This document shows, piece after piece, positions 8,474-10,071 of a stretch of 10,071 bases of DNA (its first letter is position 1; the number at the start of each line of letters is the position of its first letter). Both the position numbers and the translations under genes were made by a program. The notes beneath the pieces are model-generated. The model did no database searches. It saw nothing but the letters and a program-made list of their open reading frames with translations, and was not told the origin of the DNA. Source of the stretch: Geosiphon pyriformis uo1 (lineage: Eukaryota; Fungi; Glomeromycota); assembly GCA_016748015.1 (NCBI GenBank), contig JAAOMT010000541.1, forward strand, positions 1 to 10,071. Direction: 5' to 3'.

Positions 8474-10071
8474 ATAAAGGGCTAAATGGCTAGATGGGAT
8501 CTATAAGGGACCATGATGCTCTATGGTTAAATAGTCCTGGTATGGGTTTGATGTGTGACCATTTTTATCTAATAGGGACTTGGGTGATAGATTTTACCTA
8601 TTGGGCAGATGGTGATCCCTTTTGGCTAGATGGGATCCCCAGGTTGAATCCCCTAGTTGGGATACACTATGTTGGATCCATTGGAGGCTAGATGGGGGGG
8701 ATCCTCTGGCTCTATTGGGGATATATGAGATCCTTTGGATATACTGTATCCGCGGGGATCGTGGATCTATGGGATCCATTGGATCTATTATATCCATTAG
8801 GGACTAAATAGGGATATCTGAGAGACATGAGGCTCTCGTGCTCAATGGCTAAATGGGACTATGAAATATCTGAGATCCTTTAGGGTTCAATCTGAGCTCT
8901 TATATCCTCTATTGAATATTTGGGTATATGGGATCCTTTTTCTCTAATAGGGCTATATAGGGTCCACTGGGCTAAATAGGTATCCTATTGGATCCATTTG
9001 GGTATATATGGATATATGAGATACACGGTTGTTTTGATCCTTTAGGGTCCTTGGATACTCAATGGCAGATGGTTGGGCATGGTACTCTGCTAGGCTCTCT
9101 TTGGTCCATGAGGGCTCAATCTGGGACTATGGAGCTAGATGGGATAGTGTACTACCTCATGGTACTGTGGTATCCAACTACCCCCCTACTATATGGGACA
9201 ATAGTTGGACCATTGTCCACTCTATGGTTATACCCTATGGGATATGGGACTATGGTATCCAACTATACCCTACTCTAGGGCTACTACCTGGTACTCTTAC
9301 CTCATATGGGACTACCACGTGGACTACTGTCCCCTGGGTATGGGGGACTCCCACTATACACTACATAGGGGGGCAGATACACTACACTATGGGATGTATC
9401 CCCCCTCTATGTGCCATCACATATTGCAGGGGACTCATATAAGGGACTATCCCTCTATGGGGGATCTTGGGGACTCCTACCTCATGGGACTAATACCCAC
9501 TATGGCCATCTAAGATTGCATGGGGACTCATACCTCAGATGGTGGACTATGGTGGACTACTGTACACAGGTACTCCCACACAGGGGGATGGGTACTATTG
9601 TACCCTGGAGAGGGTACTCATACCTCCTAGTGGGACTCTATCTGGGCGACTCTGGGCTACTAAGACTACTAGACACGGGTCTGGGGCTATAGGTACTATT
9701 CTCCCTACCCCATGGGATATACACACCATGGGCATATGGGATAGGGTACTCCTACCTCATGGGTATGGGACGATTTTGCTCAGATGGGACTCCTACCCTA
9801 GTGGACGTCGCCCAACATGGATGGGAGATATCCCTATGGTGGACTACTGTACACAAGTGCCATATGCGAGGCCATTTGTGGATTAGATGACTCAATTAGT
9901 ACTCTACCTATGGGCTACAGGGCTCATGGGTGACTCATGACTCCTAGTGGCCATCCAGATGGCTATGACTCTACACTGGATGGGGGACTACCCCTATGTT
10001 GGACTCTCTAGTGGTTCAAAACCAAAACCCAAACCCAAACCCAAACCCAAACCCAAACCTCATGGGACAAT
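8449..10071 (+). repeat. Long direct repeat, copy 2 (runs to the window end)
   Basis: No differences from 1-1623 noticed by eye or in the ORF track. Confidence 0.98.
10018..10059 (+). repeat. (AAACCC)n tract, second copy
   Basis: Same as 1570-1611 at +8448, with the same unit number. Confidence 0.95.

Noticed and set aside
1-10071. LTR retrotransposon (1.6-kb LTRs around a 6.8-kb interior)
   Set aside because: No TG...CA termini, no convincing PBS or PPT, no gag/pol remnants recognised, and domain B continues seamlessly across the repeat end at 1623.

Overview
No recognisable gene (protein, rRNA, tRNA, transposase, RT, Rep or CRISPR array) can be supported, but the window is highly structured. 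Bases 1-1623 recur at 8449-10071 (offset 8448), so the window looks like one 8448-bp unit plus an overlap: a circular molecule, a tandem monomer, or a unique segment between two long direct repeats. The unit has two parts. The first is ~5.2 kb of CpG-poor, G-skewed low-complexity DNA made of shuffled 5-20-nt words, arranged as domain A (GGCTAAAT/GGATCC words, ~21-690), domain B (ACTAC/TACCTCAT/GGTATCCAACTA words, ~691-2820, containing an internal telomere-like (AAACCC)n tract) and domain A again (~2821-5200). The second is ~3.1 kb of higher-complexity, apparently non-coding DNA (a 'cassette'), bracketed by related C-rich boxes that could form G-quadruplexes on the - strand and punctuated by poly-C runs. 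The listed ORFs look like compositional artefacts. The layout resembles 'constant region + cassette' minichromosomes or subtelomeric circles of protists, but that is inference; organism and function cannot be determined from the sequence alone.
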